A DNA stretch of 64,000 nt from NCBI RefSeq assembly GCF_988243305.1, contig NZ_OZ547136.1; one strand, given 5' to 3'. Numbering within the stretch: the stretch's first letter is position 1; every line of letters starts with the position of its first letter. Below, in pieces: positions 20,003-30,669 of the stretch. The position numbers and the translations under genes are program-made. The notes under the pieces are model-generated. The model was not told the origin of the DNA. It was given only the letters and a program-made list of their open reading frames with translations, and did not search any database.

Positions 20003-21106
20003 TTACTTCGCATCTGTCGCCGTGCCGTTGGCGTGCCAGTCAAATACGCCGAACTCAAAGCCTTTCAGATCGCCTTTCTCATCCCACGTCAGCGGCCCCA
20101 TCACCGTATCAACCGAGTTTGCTTTCAGGTATTTGGCGATCTCCGCCGGATCGTCAGACTGATTCAGCCCCGCCTGCAAAGATTGCAGCGCCGCGTAGGT
20201 GGTCCAGACGAATGCGCCGCTTGGATCTTGTTTTTTCGCTTTGATCGCGTCAACAATCGGTTTGTTCGCCGGAACCTGATCGTAGTTCTTCGGCTTGGTC
20301 ACCAGCAGTCCTTCCGCTGACTCGCCCGCGATATTAGACAGCGAGACGTTAGCCACACCTTCCGGCCCCATAAACTGAGTTTTCAGCCCCGCCGCGCGCG
20401 CCTGACGCAGGATCTGCCCCATTTCCGGGTGATAACCGCCGTAGTAAACGAAGTCGATATTCTCTTTCTTCAGGCGTGCCACCAGCGTCGAGAAATCTTT
20501 TTCCCCGGCGGTGATGCCATCAAAGAACACTACGTTAGCATTGCCTTTCTTCAGGCCGTCCTGCACCGCACGCGCCAGACCTTCGCCGTACTGTTGTTTG
20601 TCGTGAACGATAGCAATACGCTGCGGTTTCACTTTCTCAAGAATATATTTCGCCGCCGTTGGTCCCTGGTCGGAGTCCAGGCCAGTGGTGCGCATAATCA
20701 ACTTATAGCCGCGCGCGGTCAGTTCTGGCGCGGTTGCCGCAGGGGTTATCATTAAAATGCCTTCATCTTCATAGATGTCTGACGCTGGCTGCGTTGATGA
20801 AGAACAGAGGTGACCAATCACATATTTAATGCCGTCGTTAACGACTTTGTTCGCCACCGCAACCGCCTGTTTCGGGTCACAGGCATCGTCATATTTCACG
20901 ATTTGCAGTTTGTTGCCTTTGATACCACCTTTAGCATTGATATCCGCAACCGCCTGCTCAGCACCAGTAAACTCCTGGTCACCGTACTGGGCCACCGGAC
21001 CGGACATTGCGCCCACGACCGCGACTTTAATATCTTCTGCCAGAGCCATATTGCTGAATGCCAGCGCGATACATCCTGCCAGTAACGCTTTACCCTTCAT
21101 GTTCAT
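20003..21106 (-). CDS. livJ: Leu/Ile/Val periplasmic binding protein
   Basis: Start placed at [18 protein letters not shown] (367 aa; K-12 has MNIKGK); the ORF-track start is an upstream extension. Confidence 0.9.
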   Translation of the reverse strand: MNMKGKALLAGCIALAFSNMALAEDIKVAVVGAMSGPVAQYGDQEFTGAEQAVADINAKGGIKGNKLQIVKYDDACDPKQAVAVANKVVNDGIKYVIGHLCSSSTQPASDIYEDEGILMITPAATAPELTARGYKLIMRTTGLDSDQGPTAAKYILEKVKPQRIAIVHDKQQYGEGLARAVQDGLKKGNANVVFFDGITAGEKDFSTLVARLKKENIDFVYYGGYHPEMGQILRQARAAGLKTQFMGPEGVANVSLSNIAGESAEGLLVTKPKNYDQVPANKPIVDAIKAKKQDPSGAFVWTTYAALQSLQAGLNQSDDPAEIAKYLKANSVDTVMGPLTWDEKGDLKGFEFGVFDWHANGTATDAK

Positions 21107-21321
21107 CCTGAGGTTCCCCATTCTTCTGGTTATTACGTGTGTTGTGATGTTGTTGTTCAGCACTTTATTTCGTTTTATGCATAACTACCCGTGCTTTAGC
21201 AGCATACTCTGCTAAAACATACCCGATTTTTATGATATTGGAATAGCTATTTTGACAGTTTATTAACAATCTGCGTGGGGATTGGCGTTTTGCCGGAGGG
21301 GGAAACTGATTATTGCAGAGG

Positions 21322-21358
21322 CCCAAAAAACAAAAACCCCGGATTCTCATCCAGGGTT
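21322..21358 (-). terminator. Rho-independent terminator after rpoH
   Basis: AACCCTGG-atgagaat-CCGGGGTT hairpin followed by TTTTTGTTTTTTGGG on the minus strand. Confidence 0.6.
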
Positions 21359-21377
21359 CTCTGCTAAGTAGCGGAAA

Positions 21378-22232
21378 TTACGCTTCAATGGCAGCGCGAA
21401 GTTTTTTCATCGCGTTCTTTTCCAGCTGGCGCACACGCTCAGCGGAAACACCGTAACGGTCAGCCAGTTCCTGCAACGTGGACTTGTTGTCTTCGTCCAG
21501 CCAGCGCGCGCGGATGATATCCTGGCTACGCTCGTCCAGACCTTGCATCGCGTCGGTCAGACGGTTTGCCGCCTGCTCTTCCCAGTTATCATCTTCAATG
21601 CCGTCAGCAAAGTTAGATGATTTATCCTGCAGATAGAGCACCGGAGCCATCGGCTGGCTATCGGAATCGTCGTCGGAAGACAGGTCAAAGGTCATGTCCT
21701 GTGCCGCCATACGCGATTCCATCTCAAGTACGTCTTTGCTGGTTACGCCCAGTTCACGGGCCACCATTTCGACTTCATCCTGGTTAAACCAGCCCAGACG
21801 CTGCTTGGTTTTACGCAGGTTGAAGAACAGTTTGCGCTGCGCTTTGGTGGTCGCAACTTTGACGATACGCCAGTTACGCAGAACGTATTCGTGGATCTCT
21901 GCTTTGATCCAGTGGACGGCGAAGGAGACCAGGCGCACACCCACTTCCGGGTTAAAACGGCGCACTGCTTTCATCAGGCCGATGTTACCTTCCTGAATCA
22001 AATCCGCCTGTGGCAGGCCATAGCCCGCATAATTACGAGCAATATGAACAACAAACCGCAGGTGAGACAGGATCAGCGTTTTAGCTGCTTCCAGATCGCC
22101 ATGGTAATGCAGCTTTTCAGCCAGCGCCCGCTCCTCGTCAGCCGACAACATCGGCCACGCGTTAGCTGCCCGGATGTAAGAATCCAGGTTGCCAACTGGG
22201 GCTAAAGCTAAACTTTGCATTTTGTCAGTCAT
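21378..22232 (-). CDS. rpoH: RNA polymerase sigma-32 (heat-shock sigma factor)
   Basis: 284-aa [30 protein letters not shown]... matching RpoH. Confidence 0.97.
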   Translation of the reverse strand: MTDKMQSLALAPVGNLDSYIRAANAWPMLSADEERALAEKLHYHGDLEAAKTLILSHLRFVVHIARNYAGYGLPQADLIQEGNIGLMKAVRRFNPEVGVRLVSFAVHWIKAEIHEYVLRNWRIVKVATTKAQRKLFFNLRKTKQRLGWFNQDEVEMVARELGVTSKDVLEMESRMAAQDMTFDLSSDDDSDSQPMAPVLYLQDKSSNFADGIEDDNWEEQAANRLTDAMQGLDERSQDIIRARWLDEDNKSTLQELADRYGVSAERVRQLEKNAMKKLRAAIEA

Positions 22233-22476
22233 TCAAATCCTCTCAATCGATATCTTCTGGCGCTTCAGTGGTAGCAACAACTGTGCCAGAGCTTAAGAGC
22301 AACGAGGTTATCATTCACTGTTTTATCAGACCGTGATTTTATCCACAAGTTCAATGCAAGCTTGTGAATAAATTACGCACAAAATGTGACATAGAGATGA
22401 AATACCGGGAAGAGACAACGGGGTCTCTTTCCCTGCTACGGAACCCATTGCAGGGAAAGAGTATAACACGCTTTTA

Positions 22477-23535
22477 TTATTCAGGCGTAAAGTGGCGTAA
22501 ATGTTGTACCGTGGCAAGCCACGCTGCCACCCAGCCAATCATCGAGCATACCAGCAGCAACAGCAGGCATTCATCGAACGATAAGCCATTGATATCAAAC
22601 TTCGTTCCGAAAACCTGTGCCACTTCTGCAACCGCCGATGACAAACGCAGTACCAGAATTTCTGACAAAATTAATGACAGCAATGCGCCAGAAAATCCCA
22701 GCAATGCGCCTCCGTACAGGAACGGGCGCAGGATGAAACCATCCGTCGCACCAATCAGTTTTTGTACGTTAATGGAGTCACGGCGAGCAAAGATGCTCAG
22801 ACGCACACTGTTGCCGATGACGAGGAACACTGCTGCCACCATCAACACGCCGATCATCGCGGAAACGCGCCCGACCAGCCCGGTCAACGCCGCCAGACGG
22901 GCAAACCAGCTGTCATCCATCCGCACTTCGTCAATGCCGTTGATCTGGGTGATACGATCACGCAGCGTATTCAGTGATTCCGTCCCCTGAAAATCGAGTT
23001 TCGGGATCACCACCGCCACTGCCGGAAGCGGGTTTTCTTCCAGCATATCCAGCGCGCCGCCAAAACCAGACCAGTTACGGAACTCGCCCAGCGCGTCTTC
23101 ACGAGAAAGATAGTTCACTTTCTCTACGCCCTGCTCGGCCTGTAGCTGTGCCACCACGCCCGCAGCGGCGTCATCGTCCAGCGTTTTTTGCAGATAAACA
23201 GTGATTTGCGGTGACGGATAATACTGCGTCGCCGCCTGGTTAACGTTTTTGTACACCATATAACAGACGCTGGGCAGCGTCAGGGAGATGGCGATAACCA
23301 TCACCGTTAAAAACGTGGCGAACGGTTTGCTTTTCAGATCCTGCAATGCGCCGTGGAAGGCATAGCGCACCTGTTCGTTGAAAACGTTGGTTTTGCGATT
23401 TACCGGTTTTGGCGAGGATTTCGCGCGTTTCGGTGCGTTACGACCGCCGTCGCCTGAGCCGCCGACCGATTTACGGAAGCGATCCAGACGCCCGCCAAAC
23501 TGCCGAATATGATTGATTGCATCGCGCTTATTCAT
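22477..23535 (-). CDS. ftsX: Cell division ABC-type permease-like protein
   Basis: Start placed at [15 protein letters not shown] (352 aa); 8-bp overlap with ftsE. Confidence 0.93.
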
Positions 23536-24196
23536 GGCCCACGCCTCCATGCAAGTGACCATCGCTCAGGGTGAGCATGCGATAGGAACGCCGCGAAATC
23601 AGGTTGATGTCGTGCGTTGCCATCAATACGGTTACCCCAACGCGGTTAAACTCTTCAAACAGACGTAAAATGCCTTCCGACAACGCGTCGTCCAGGTTAC
23701 CAGTCGGTTCGTCCGCCAGCAGTACCGCGGGCTTGTTCACCACCGCGCGGGCAATGCCAACACGCTGTTGTTCACCGCCGGAAAGCTGAATAGGGAAGTT
23801 CTTCGCTTTGTCCAGTAGCCCGACTTTATCCAGCGCCGCCGACACCCGGCGACGAATATCGTCACCGCTGGCACCAGCGATAATCAGCGGGATCGCCACG
23901 TTATCGTAGACAGTACGGTCCATCAGTAGATGGTGATCCTGGAAAATCATGCCAATCTGGCGGCGCAGAAACGGAACTTCACGGTTTTTCAGACGCGTGA
24001 TGTCATGGCCGCTAAACCAGATTTTCCCGGCGCTGGGCCGCTCAATCCCACAGATCAGCTTCAGGAGGGTACTTTTCCCTGCGCCGGAATGACCGGTCAG
24101 AAACGCCATCTCACCCGGCTGCATATGGAACGTAACGCCCTGCAGCGCCTGTCTCCCACCGAGATAAGCCTTGCTGACATGTTCAAAGCGAATCAT
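23528..24196 (-). CDS. ftsE: Cell division ATP-binding protein
   Basis: 222 aa; Walker [10 protein letters not shown] and signature LSGGEQQR. Confidence 0.95.
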
Positions 24197-24198
24197 TG

Positions 24199-25695
24199 TT
24201 AATCCTCTCGGGCAAAAAGTGCCTCTATAAAGTCGTCCGCCTTAAACGGACGCAAATCCTCAATACGTTCGCCGACACCAATGTAGCGGATAGGGATACC
24301 AAACTGGTCAGCCACCGAGAAAATTACCCCGCCTTTCGCCGTGCCGTCCAGTTTCGTTAGCGTGATGCCGGTTAAGCCAACGGCTTCGTGGAACAGTTTG
24401 GCCTGGCTTACCGCGTTCTGCCCGGTGCTGGCATCAATAGTCAGCATAACTTCATGCGGCGCTTCAACGTCGAGTTTCTTCATCACGCGGACGATTTTCT
24501 TCAACTCTTCCATCAGGTGCGATTTGTTCTGCAGGCGTCCGGCGGTATCGGCAATCAGGACGTCGATATTACGCGCTTTAGCGGCCTGAATGGCGTCGAA
24601 GATAACAGAGGCGGAATCCGCCCCGGTATGCTGGGCAATCACCGGAATATTGTTGCGCTGACCCCAGACCTGAAGCTGTTCAACCGCTGCTGCACGGAAA
24701 GTATCGCCCGCCGCCAGCATCACCGATTTACCCTGCTGCTCAAACTGACGCGCCAGCTTACCAATCGTCGTGGTTTTACCCACACCGTTGACGCCCACCA
24801 TCAGGATCACGAACGGCGTTTTACCTTCAACATTCAGCGGCTCATCGACTTTCGCCAGAATCTCGCCCATCTCTTCTTTCAGCAGGCCATAGAGCGCCTC
24901 GGCATCACGAAGCTGCTTGCGGGATGCGCCTTCCGTCAGATTGGTGATAATTTTACGTGTGGTTTCCACGCCCACATCGGCGATCAACAGCTGTTCTTCC
25001 AGCTCTTCAAACAGATCATCGTCGATTTTTTTACCGCGGAACAGGCTGATAAATCCGGAACCGAGGTTTTCTTTGGTTTTTAACAGGCTGCGTTTCAGGC
25101 GCGCGAAGAAACCTTCTTTGGTCGGTTTTTCCTGCTCCTGAGCGATTTCATCCACCGGCTGCTCTTCTTCTGCCGGAGGAACCACCATCACCGCCTCTTC
25201 TGCCGCTTCGGCAGCCAGCGCCTGTGTTTCCAGCTCTTCGTCGGTGATTTCTTCTTTAGCCGCTTCTTCTTCCGCCGCTTCGACAATCTCTACGGTTTCC
25301 GCTTCAGCCCGCCACTCTTCTGGCGAAACCTCTTCGGCGTTGACGTCTTCCGGCAACGGCAGCTCTTCACGTTCGATAGCCACTAGCTCCGGCGTTTCTT
25401 CTGCGATCAGTTCCGGCTGTGCAACGACTTCCGCTTCAGGCTGCGCTTTTTCACTTTCAGCAACCTGTTCAGTGACTTCCACAACTTCGGCAGCAAAAGT
25501 TTCCGCTTCGGCCTCAGTATGCGCCTGCGGCTGCTCTTCAACGGCGTGTTCAGAAGCCTTCGCAGGCTCTTGCGCCTGAACGATTTCTTCTACAACCGGT
25601 TGTTCATTCTGAACTTCTGTCTCTTTTTCCGGGGTCTGCTCTTTTTGACCAAAGCCCAGCCAGGAAAAAAAGCCACGTTTTTTTTCTTTCGCCAT
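24199..25695 (-). CDS. ftsY: Signal recognition particle receptor
   Basis: 498 aa; acidic A/E-rich N-terminal domain then an SRP-type GTPase domain (GVNGVGKTTT). Confidence 0.95.
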   Translation of the reverse strand: MAKEKKRGFFSWLGFGQKEQTPEKETEVQNEQPVVEEIVQAQEPAKASEHAVEEQPQAHTEAEAETFAAEVVEVTEQVAESEKAQPEAEVVAQPELIAEETPELVAIEREELPLPEDVNAEEVSPEEWRAEAETVEIVEAAEEEAAKEEITDEELETQALAAEAAEEAVMVVPPAEEEQPVDEIAQEQEKPTKEGFFARLKRSLLKTKENLGSGFISLFRGKKIDDDLFEELEEQLLIADVGVETTRKIITNLTEGASRKQLRDAEALYGLLKEEMGEILAKVDEPLNVEGKTPFVILMVGVNGVGKTTTIGKLARQFEQQGKSVMLAAGDTFRAAAVEQLQVWGQRNNIPVIAQHTGADSASVIFDAIQAAKARNIDVLIADTAGRLQNKSHLMEELKKIVRVMKKLDVEAPHEVMLTIDASTGQNAVSQAKLFHEAVGLTGITLTKLDGTAKGGVIFSVADQFGIPIRYIGVGERIEDLRPFKADDFIEALFARED

Positions 25696-25844
25696 TTGCG
25701 ACTACACTCCTCGCTGTTGCTTCATGGCACAGCGTTAACGCTATGTACATAGCAGCTAAAAAAATGATGAAATAGTCTATCACTTAACTTAATTCACATC
25801 ACCGCCTGCAAGTATGTGTTATCTGGCGGATTGAGCAATTTATC

Positions 25845-26441
25845 ATGAAAAAACCGAATCATTCCGGCAGCGGCCAAATCCGCATTATTGGCGGGCAGTG
25901 GCGAGGCCGTAAACTCCCGGTTCCTGATAGCCCAGGTCTGCGCCCCACCACCGACCGCGTACGCGAAACGTTGTTTAACTGGCTGGCTCCGGTCATTGTT
26001 GACGCCCAATGTCTGGATTGCTTCGCCGGAAGCGGCGCGCTGGGGCTGGAAGCGTTGTCGCGCTACGCTGCGGGGGCCACGTTGATTGAGATGGATCGCG
26101 CGGTTTCTCAGCAGTTAATTAAGAATCTGGCGACACTAAAAGCAGGCAATGCACGCGTGGTGAACAGCAACGCGATGTCATTCCTGGCGCAAAAAGGCAT
26201 ACCGCATAATATCGTGTTTGTCGATCCACCGTTCCGCCGTGGCTTGTTAGAAGAGACGATAAATTTACTGGAAGATAACGGCTGGCTGGCTGACGAAGCC
26301 CTGATTTATGTCGAAAGCGAAGTCGAAAACGGTCTGCCCACCGTTCCGGCGAACTGGTCATTACATCGGGAAAAAGTGGCGGGTCAGGTGGCTTATCGGC
26401 TGTATCAACGCGAAGCACAAGGAGAAAGTGATGCTGATTAA
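25845..26441 (+). CDS. rsmD: 16S rRNA m2G966 methyltransferase
   Basis: 198-aa ORF MKKPNHSGSGQIRIIGGQWRGRKL... with DPPF motif. Confidence 0.93.
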   Translation: MKKPNHSGSGQIRIIGGQWRGRKLPVPDSPGLRPTTDRVRETLFNWLAPVIVDAQCLDCFAGSGALGLEALSRYAAGATLIEMDRAVSQQLIKNLATLKAGNARVVNSNAMSFLAQKGIPHNIVFVDPPFRRGLLEETINLLEDNGWLADEALIYVESEVENGLPTVPANWSLHREKVAGQVAYRLYQREAQGESDAD

Positions 26442-26700
26442 TATTGGTCGTTTGTTAATGCTCTGTGTTTGGGGATTTTTAATCCTCAACCTGGCGCATC
26501 CCTTCCCGCGTCCGCTGAATATTTTCGTTAACGTGGCGCTGATTTTTACCGTGCTGATGCATGGTATGCAACTGGCGCTATTGAAATCCACTTTACCGAA
26601 AGATGGCCCGCAGATGACCACCGCCGAAAAGGTGCGGATTTTCCTTTTCGGCGTGTTTGAACTGCTGGTCTGGCAGAAGAAATTTAAAGTTAAAAAATAA
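26431..26700 (+). CDS. yhhL: Small inner-membrane protein (DUF1145)
   Basis: Start placed at MLINIGRLLMLCVWGF (89 aa); overlaps the rsmD 3' end by 11 bp. Confidence 0.8.
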   Translation: MLINIGRLLMLCVWGFLILNLAHPFPRPLNIFVNVALIFTVLMHGMQLALLKSTLPKDGPQMTTAEKVRIFLFGVFELLVWQKKFKVKK

Positions 26701-26702
26701 CC

Positions 26703-27062
26703 TTATTGTTCGCCTACAAAGCTGACAAAGCGCGTTCCTTTATAGCTCAGCGTACCTTTATCGCCCACTGTCAGGGCGTGGTACTGCTGGGCGTCGAGGC
26801 GAAACGTCTGCTCCATTCCTCCGCTTTGCGGTTTGAAGCTTGCCTCATAGCGCATACTGGTGCCTGCCGGAGTCACTTCCTGCTGGCGCGAACGGCGATC
26901 GTTAATCGGTTTTTCCCGCTTATTGCTCACCACCACCAGCTTTTGCTGGAGCGGTGCCATATCATTATCAGCTTTTTCCCGTCGTTGTTGCATAAAACGA
27001 AACGATGCGGCGACGACAATTAAGCCAATGATAACAATAAAGAAAAGAGGTGGTTTGCTCAT
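26703..27062 (-). CDS. yhhM: DUF2500 membrane-anchored protein
   Basis: 119-aa ORF with one N-terminal TM helix; convergent with yhhL. Confidence 0.85.
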   Translation of the reverse strand: MSKPPLFFIVIIGLIVVAASFRFMQQRREKADNDMAPLQQKLVVVSNKREKPINDRRSRQQEVTPAGTSMRYEASFKPQSGGMEQTFRLDAQQYHALTVGDKGTLSYKGTRFVSFVGEQ

Positions 27063-27202
27063 CTTTATCCCTCATCGGAAAATGCGGAATTAAGCATACC
27101 CTGCCAGTTATGGTGTTGTCATCCGTCCACCCTCGCCACTAAACTGGAAGCAAGACCGTAGGCATTCCGCTTACGAAAAAATAACGAATTCAAGGAACTA
27201 AG

Positions 27203-27829
27203 ATGCTTTGGTCGTTTATCGCTGTCTGTCTTTCCGCATGGCTATCTGTGGATGCATCGTATCGTGGGCCAACCTGGCAACGCTGGGTGTTTAAACCGTT
27301 AACCCTTCTTCTCCTGCTGTTACTGGCCTGGCAAGCGCCGATGTTCGACGCCATTAGCTATCTGGTGCTGGCAGGGCTGTGCGCCTCACTGCTGGGCGAT
27401 GCGCTAACCCTGTTGCCACGTCAACGTCTGATGTACGCCATCGGCGCGTTTTTCCTCTCGCACCTGCTGTACACCATCTATTTCGCCAGTCAGATGACAC
27501 TCTCTTTCTTCTGGCCTCTGCCACTGGTGTTGCTGGTTCTGGGTGCGCTGTTACTGGCGATTATCTGGACGCGGCTAGAAGAGTATCGTTGGCCTATCTG
27601 CACGTTTATCGGCATGACGCTGGTGATGGTGTGGCTGGCAGGTGAACTGTGGTTCTTCCGTCCGACCGCTCCGGCGCTCTCTGCGTTTGTTGGCGCTTCA
27701 TTGCTGTTTATCAGTAACTTTGTCTGGCTGGGTAGCCACTATCGCCGCCGCTTCCGGGCAGATAACGCGATTGCTGCGGCCTGCTACTTTGCCGGTCATT
27801 TCCTCATCGTCCGCTCGCTGTATCTCTGA
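27203..27829 (+). CDS. yhhN: YhhN-family inner-membrane protein
   Basis: 208-aa polytopic membrane protein matching YhhN. Confidence 0.88.
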
Positions 27830-27838
27830 TAAAACTTG

Positions 27839-27860
27839 ACTCTGGAGTCGACTCCAGAGT
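27839..27860 (+). promoter_or_regulatory. ZntR (MerR-family) operator within the zntA promoter spacer
   Basis: Perfect palindrome ACTCTGGAGTCGACTCCAGAGT between a -35-like CTTGAC and a -10-like TATCCT, about 45 bp before the zntA ATG. Confidence 0.7.
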
Positions 27861-27902
27861 GTATCCTTCGGTTAATGAGAAAAAACTTAACCGGAGGATG
27901 CC

Positions 27903-30101
27903 ATGTCGACTCCTGACAATCACGGCAAGAAAGCCCCTCAATTTGCTGCGTTCAAACCGCTAACCAAGGTACAGAACGCCAACGACTGTTGCTGCGACGG
28001 CGCATGTTCCAGCACGCCAACGCTCTCTGAAAACGTCTCCGGCACCCGCTATAGCTGGAAAGTCAGCGGCATGGACTGCGCCGCCTGTGCGCGCAAGGTA
28101 GAAAATGCCGTGCGCCAGCTTGCAGGCGTGAATCAGGTGCAGGTACTGTTCGCCACCGAAAAACTGGTGGTTGATGCCGACAATGACATCCGTGCACAAG
28201 TTGAATCTGCGGTGCAAAAAGCGGGCTATTCCCTGCGCGATGAACAGTCCGCCGACGAACCGCAAGCATCACGCCTGAAAGAGAATTTGCCGCTGATTAC
28301 GCTAATCGTGTTGATGGCAATCAGTTGGGGGCTGGAACAGTTTAATCATCCGTTCGGGCAACTGGCGTTTATCGCGACCACGCTGGTTGGGCTGTACCCG
28401 ATTGCTCGTCAGGCATTACGGCTGATCAAATCCGGCAGCTACTTCGCTATTGAAACCTTAATGAGCGTAGCCGCTATTGGTGCACTGTTTATTGGCGCAA
28501 CGGCTGAAGCTGCGATGGTGTTGCTGCTGTTTTTGATTGGTGAACGACTGGAAGGCTGGGCCGCCAGCCGCGCGCGTCAGGGCGTTAGCGCGTTAATGGC
28601 GCTGAAACCAGAAACCGCCACGCGCCTGCGTAACGGTGAGCGTGAAGAGGTGGCGATTAACAGCCTGCGCCCTGGCGATGTGATTGAAGTCGCCGCAGGT
28701 GGACGTTTGCCTGCCGACGGTAAACTGCTCTCACCGTTTGCCAGTTTTGATGAAAGCGCCCTGACCGGCGAATCCATTCCTGTGGAGCGCGCGACGGGCG
28801 AAAAAGTTCCTGCAGGAGCCACCAGCGTAGACCGTCTGGTAACGCTGGAAGTGCTGTCAGAACCGGGTGCCAGCGCCATTGACCGGATTCTGAAACTGAT
28901 CGAAGAAGCCGAAGAGCGTCGCGCCCCCATTGAGCGGTTTATCGACCGTTTCAGCCGTATCTACACGCCCGCGATTATGGCCGTCGCCCTGCTGGTAACG
29001 CTGGTGCCGCCGCTGCTGTTTGCCGCCAGCTGGCAAGAGTGGATTTATAAAGGGCTGACGCTGCTGCTGATTGGTTGCCCGTGTGCGTTAGTTATCTCCA
29101 CGCCCGCGGCGATTACCTCCGGGCTGGCGGCAGCAGCGCGTCGTGGGGCGTTGATTAAAGGCGGTGCGGCGCTGGAACAACTAGGTCGTGTTACCCAGGT
29201 GGCGTTTGATAAAACCGGTACCCTGACCGTCGGTAAACCGCGCGTTACCGCGATTCATCCGGCAACGGGTATTAGTGAATCCGAACTGCTGACACTGGCG
29301 GCGGCGGTCGAGCAAGGCGCGACGCATCCACTGGCGCAAGCCATTGTGCGCGAAGCACAGGTTGCTGAACTCGCCATTCCCGCCGCCCAATCACAGCGGG
29401 CGCTGGTTGGGTCTGGCATTGAAGCGCAGGTTAACGGTGAGCGCGTGTTGATATGCGCTGCCGGAAAACATCCGGCTGTTGCATTTGCTGGTTTGATTAA
29501 TGAACTGGAAAGCGCCGGGCAAACGGTAGTGCTGGTAGTGCGTAACGATGACGTGCTTGGCGTAATTGCATTGCAGGATACCCTGCGCGCCGATGCTGCA
29601 ACTGCCATCAGTGAACTGAACGCGCTGGGCGTCAAAGGGGTGATCCTCACCGGCGATAATCCACGCGCAGCGGCGGCAATTGCCGGGGAGTTGGGGCTGG
29701 AGTTTAAAGCGGGCCTGTTGCCGGAAGATAAAGTCAAAGCGGTGACCGAGCTGAATCAACATGCGCCGCTGGCGATGGTCGGTGATGGTATTAACGACGC
29801 GCCAGCGATGAAAGCCGCCGCTATTGGGATTGCAATGGGCAGTGGCACAGACGTGGCCCTGGAAACCGCCGACGCAGCATTAACCCATAACCACCTGCGC
29901 GGCCTGGTGCAAATGATTGAACTGGCACGCGCCACTCACGCCAATATCCGCCAGAACATCACTATTGCGCTGGGGCTGAAAGGGATCTTCCTCGTCACCA
30001 CACTTTTAGGGATGACCGGACTGTGGCTGGCAGTGCTGGCAGATACCGGTGCGACGGTGCTGGTGACGGCGAATGCGTTAAGGCTGTTGCGCAGGAAATA
30101 A
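27903..30101 (+). CDS. zntA: Zn/Cd/Pb-exporting P-type ATPase
   Basis: 732 aa; N-terminal metal-binding GMDCAAC, CPC motif (IGCPCALVISTP), DKTGT phosphorylation site. Confidence 0.97.
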   Translation: MSTPDNHGKKAPQFAAFKPLTKVQNANDCCCDGACSSTPTLSENVSGTRYSWKVSGMDCAACARKVENAVRQLAGVNQVQVLFATEKLVVDADNDIRAQVESAVQKAGYSLRDEQSADEPQASRLKENLPLITLIVLMAISWGLEQFNHPFGQLAFIATTLVGLYPIARQALRLIKSGSYFAIETLMSVAAIGALFIGATAEAAMVLLLFLIGERLEGWAASRARQGVSALMALKPETATRLRNGEREEVAINSLRPGDVIEVAAGGRLPADGKLLSPFASFDESALTGESIPVERATGEKVPAGATSVDRLVTLEVLSEPGASAIDRILKLIEEAEERRAPIERFIDRFSRIYTPAIMAVALLVTLVPPLLFAASWQEWIYKGLTLLLIGCPCALVISTPAAITSGLAAAARRGALIKGGAALEQLGRVTQVAFDKTGTLTVGKPRVTAIHPATGISESELLTLAAAVEQGATHPLAQAIVREAQVAELAIPAAQSQRALVGSGIEAQVNGERVLICAAGKHPAVAFAGLINELESAGQTVVLVVRNDDVLGVIALQDTLRADAATAISELNALGVKGVILTGDNPRAAAAIAGELGLEFKAGLLPEDKVKAVTELNQHAPLAMVGDGINDAPAMKAAAIGIAMGSGTDVALETADAALTHNHLRGLVQMIELARATHANIRQNITIALGLKGIFLVTTLLGMTGLWLAVLADTGATVLVTANALRLLRRK

Positions 30102-30130
30102 GGCAAACCGATCGCAACATTGAGCGCGAT

Positions 30131-30172
30131 CGGTCCCCTCGCTCCTCTGGGGAGAGGGTTAGGGTGAGGGGA
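30131..30172. repeat. REP-like GC-rich palindromic element between convergent zntA and tusA
   Basis: CGGTCCCCTCGCTCCTCTGGGGAGAGGGTTAGGGTGAGGGG, near-identical to the copy at 10955-10990. Confidence 0.6.
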
Positions 30173-30202
30173 AAAGGCGGCATCGAAGCCAATCAGCCCC
30201 CA

Positions 30203-30448
30203 TCAACCGCCTTTGCGAATCAAATAACGATAAGGCAGTCCATCCGTCTCTTTAGCAACCAGTTCGTGTTCCATAAAGGTACAAAACCCAGGAATATCGC
30301 GGGTAGTGGCCGGATCGTCGGCGATAATCAGCAACGTTTCGCCAGGCTGCATATTGCGCACGGTTTTGCGCACCATCATCACCGGTTCCGGGCAGCGCAG
30401 GCCAAGCGCGTCGAGTGTGTGGTCAGGGCTGGAAAAGAGATCGGTCAT
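30203..30448 (-). CDS. tusA: Sulfur carrier protein TusA
   Basis: 81-aa ORF with the [11 protein letters not shown] active-site cysteine motif. Confidence 0.95.
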
Positions 30449-30627
30449 TTTCTTCTCATCACTTAAAAAAACGGCGCTAGTTTACGCCCTGTGAGTCCGT
30501 AAGCAAACCAGGTTAACGATTGCGTGAAAATTAACCATTGCATTGTCAACGTAAAGCAGTATCATGCGGCGGCTCGAAAAAAGGGTAAGAACGTTATTTA
30601 ATCAAGGTAAAATAGCGTGTCGTACGT

Positions 30628-30663
30628 ATTGGGTTCCCTCACCCCAATGGTTAATCAAAAAGG
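30628..30663 (+). ncRNA. Candidate preQ1-I riboswitch aptamer in the yhhQ leader
   Basis: AUUGGG-UUCCCUCA-CCCCAAU stem-loop then GGUUAAUCAAAAAGG tail overlapping the yhhQ SD; resembles the class I aptamer of Thermoanaerobacter as recalled (CUGGGUCGCAGUAACCCCAGUUAACAAAACAAGG). Confidence 0.4.
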
Positions 30664-30669
30664 TACAAT

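Noticed and set aside
22364-22990. 208-aa plus-strand ORF
   Set aside because: Overlaps the rpoH upstream region and antisense ftsX; no coding signal.
25244-25579. 111-aa Ser/Ala-rich plus-strand ORF
   Set aside because: Antisense to the acidic A/E-rich N-terminal domain of ftsY; a compositional artefact.
29255-29762. Minus-strand ORFs of 160 and 123 aa
   Set aside because: Antisense within zntA.
30023-30466. 147-aa plus-strand ORF and a 65-aa minus-strand ORF
   Set aside because: They span the zntA 3' end, the REP element and antisense tusA; no plausible start context.
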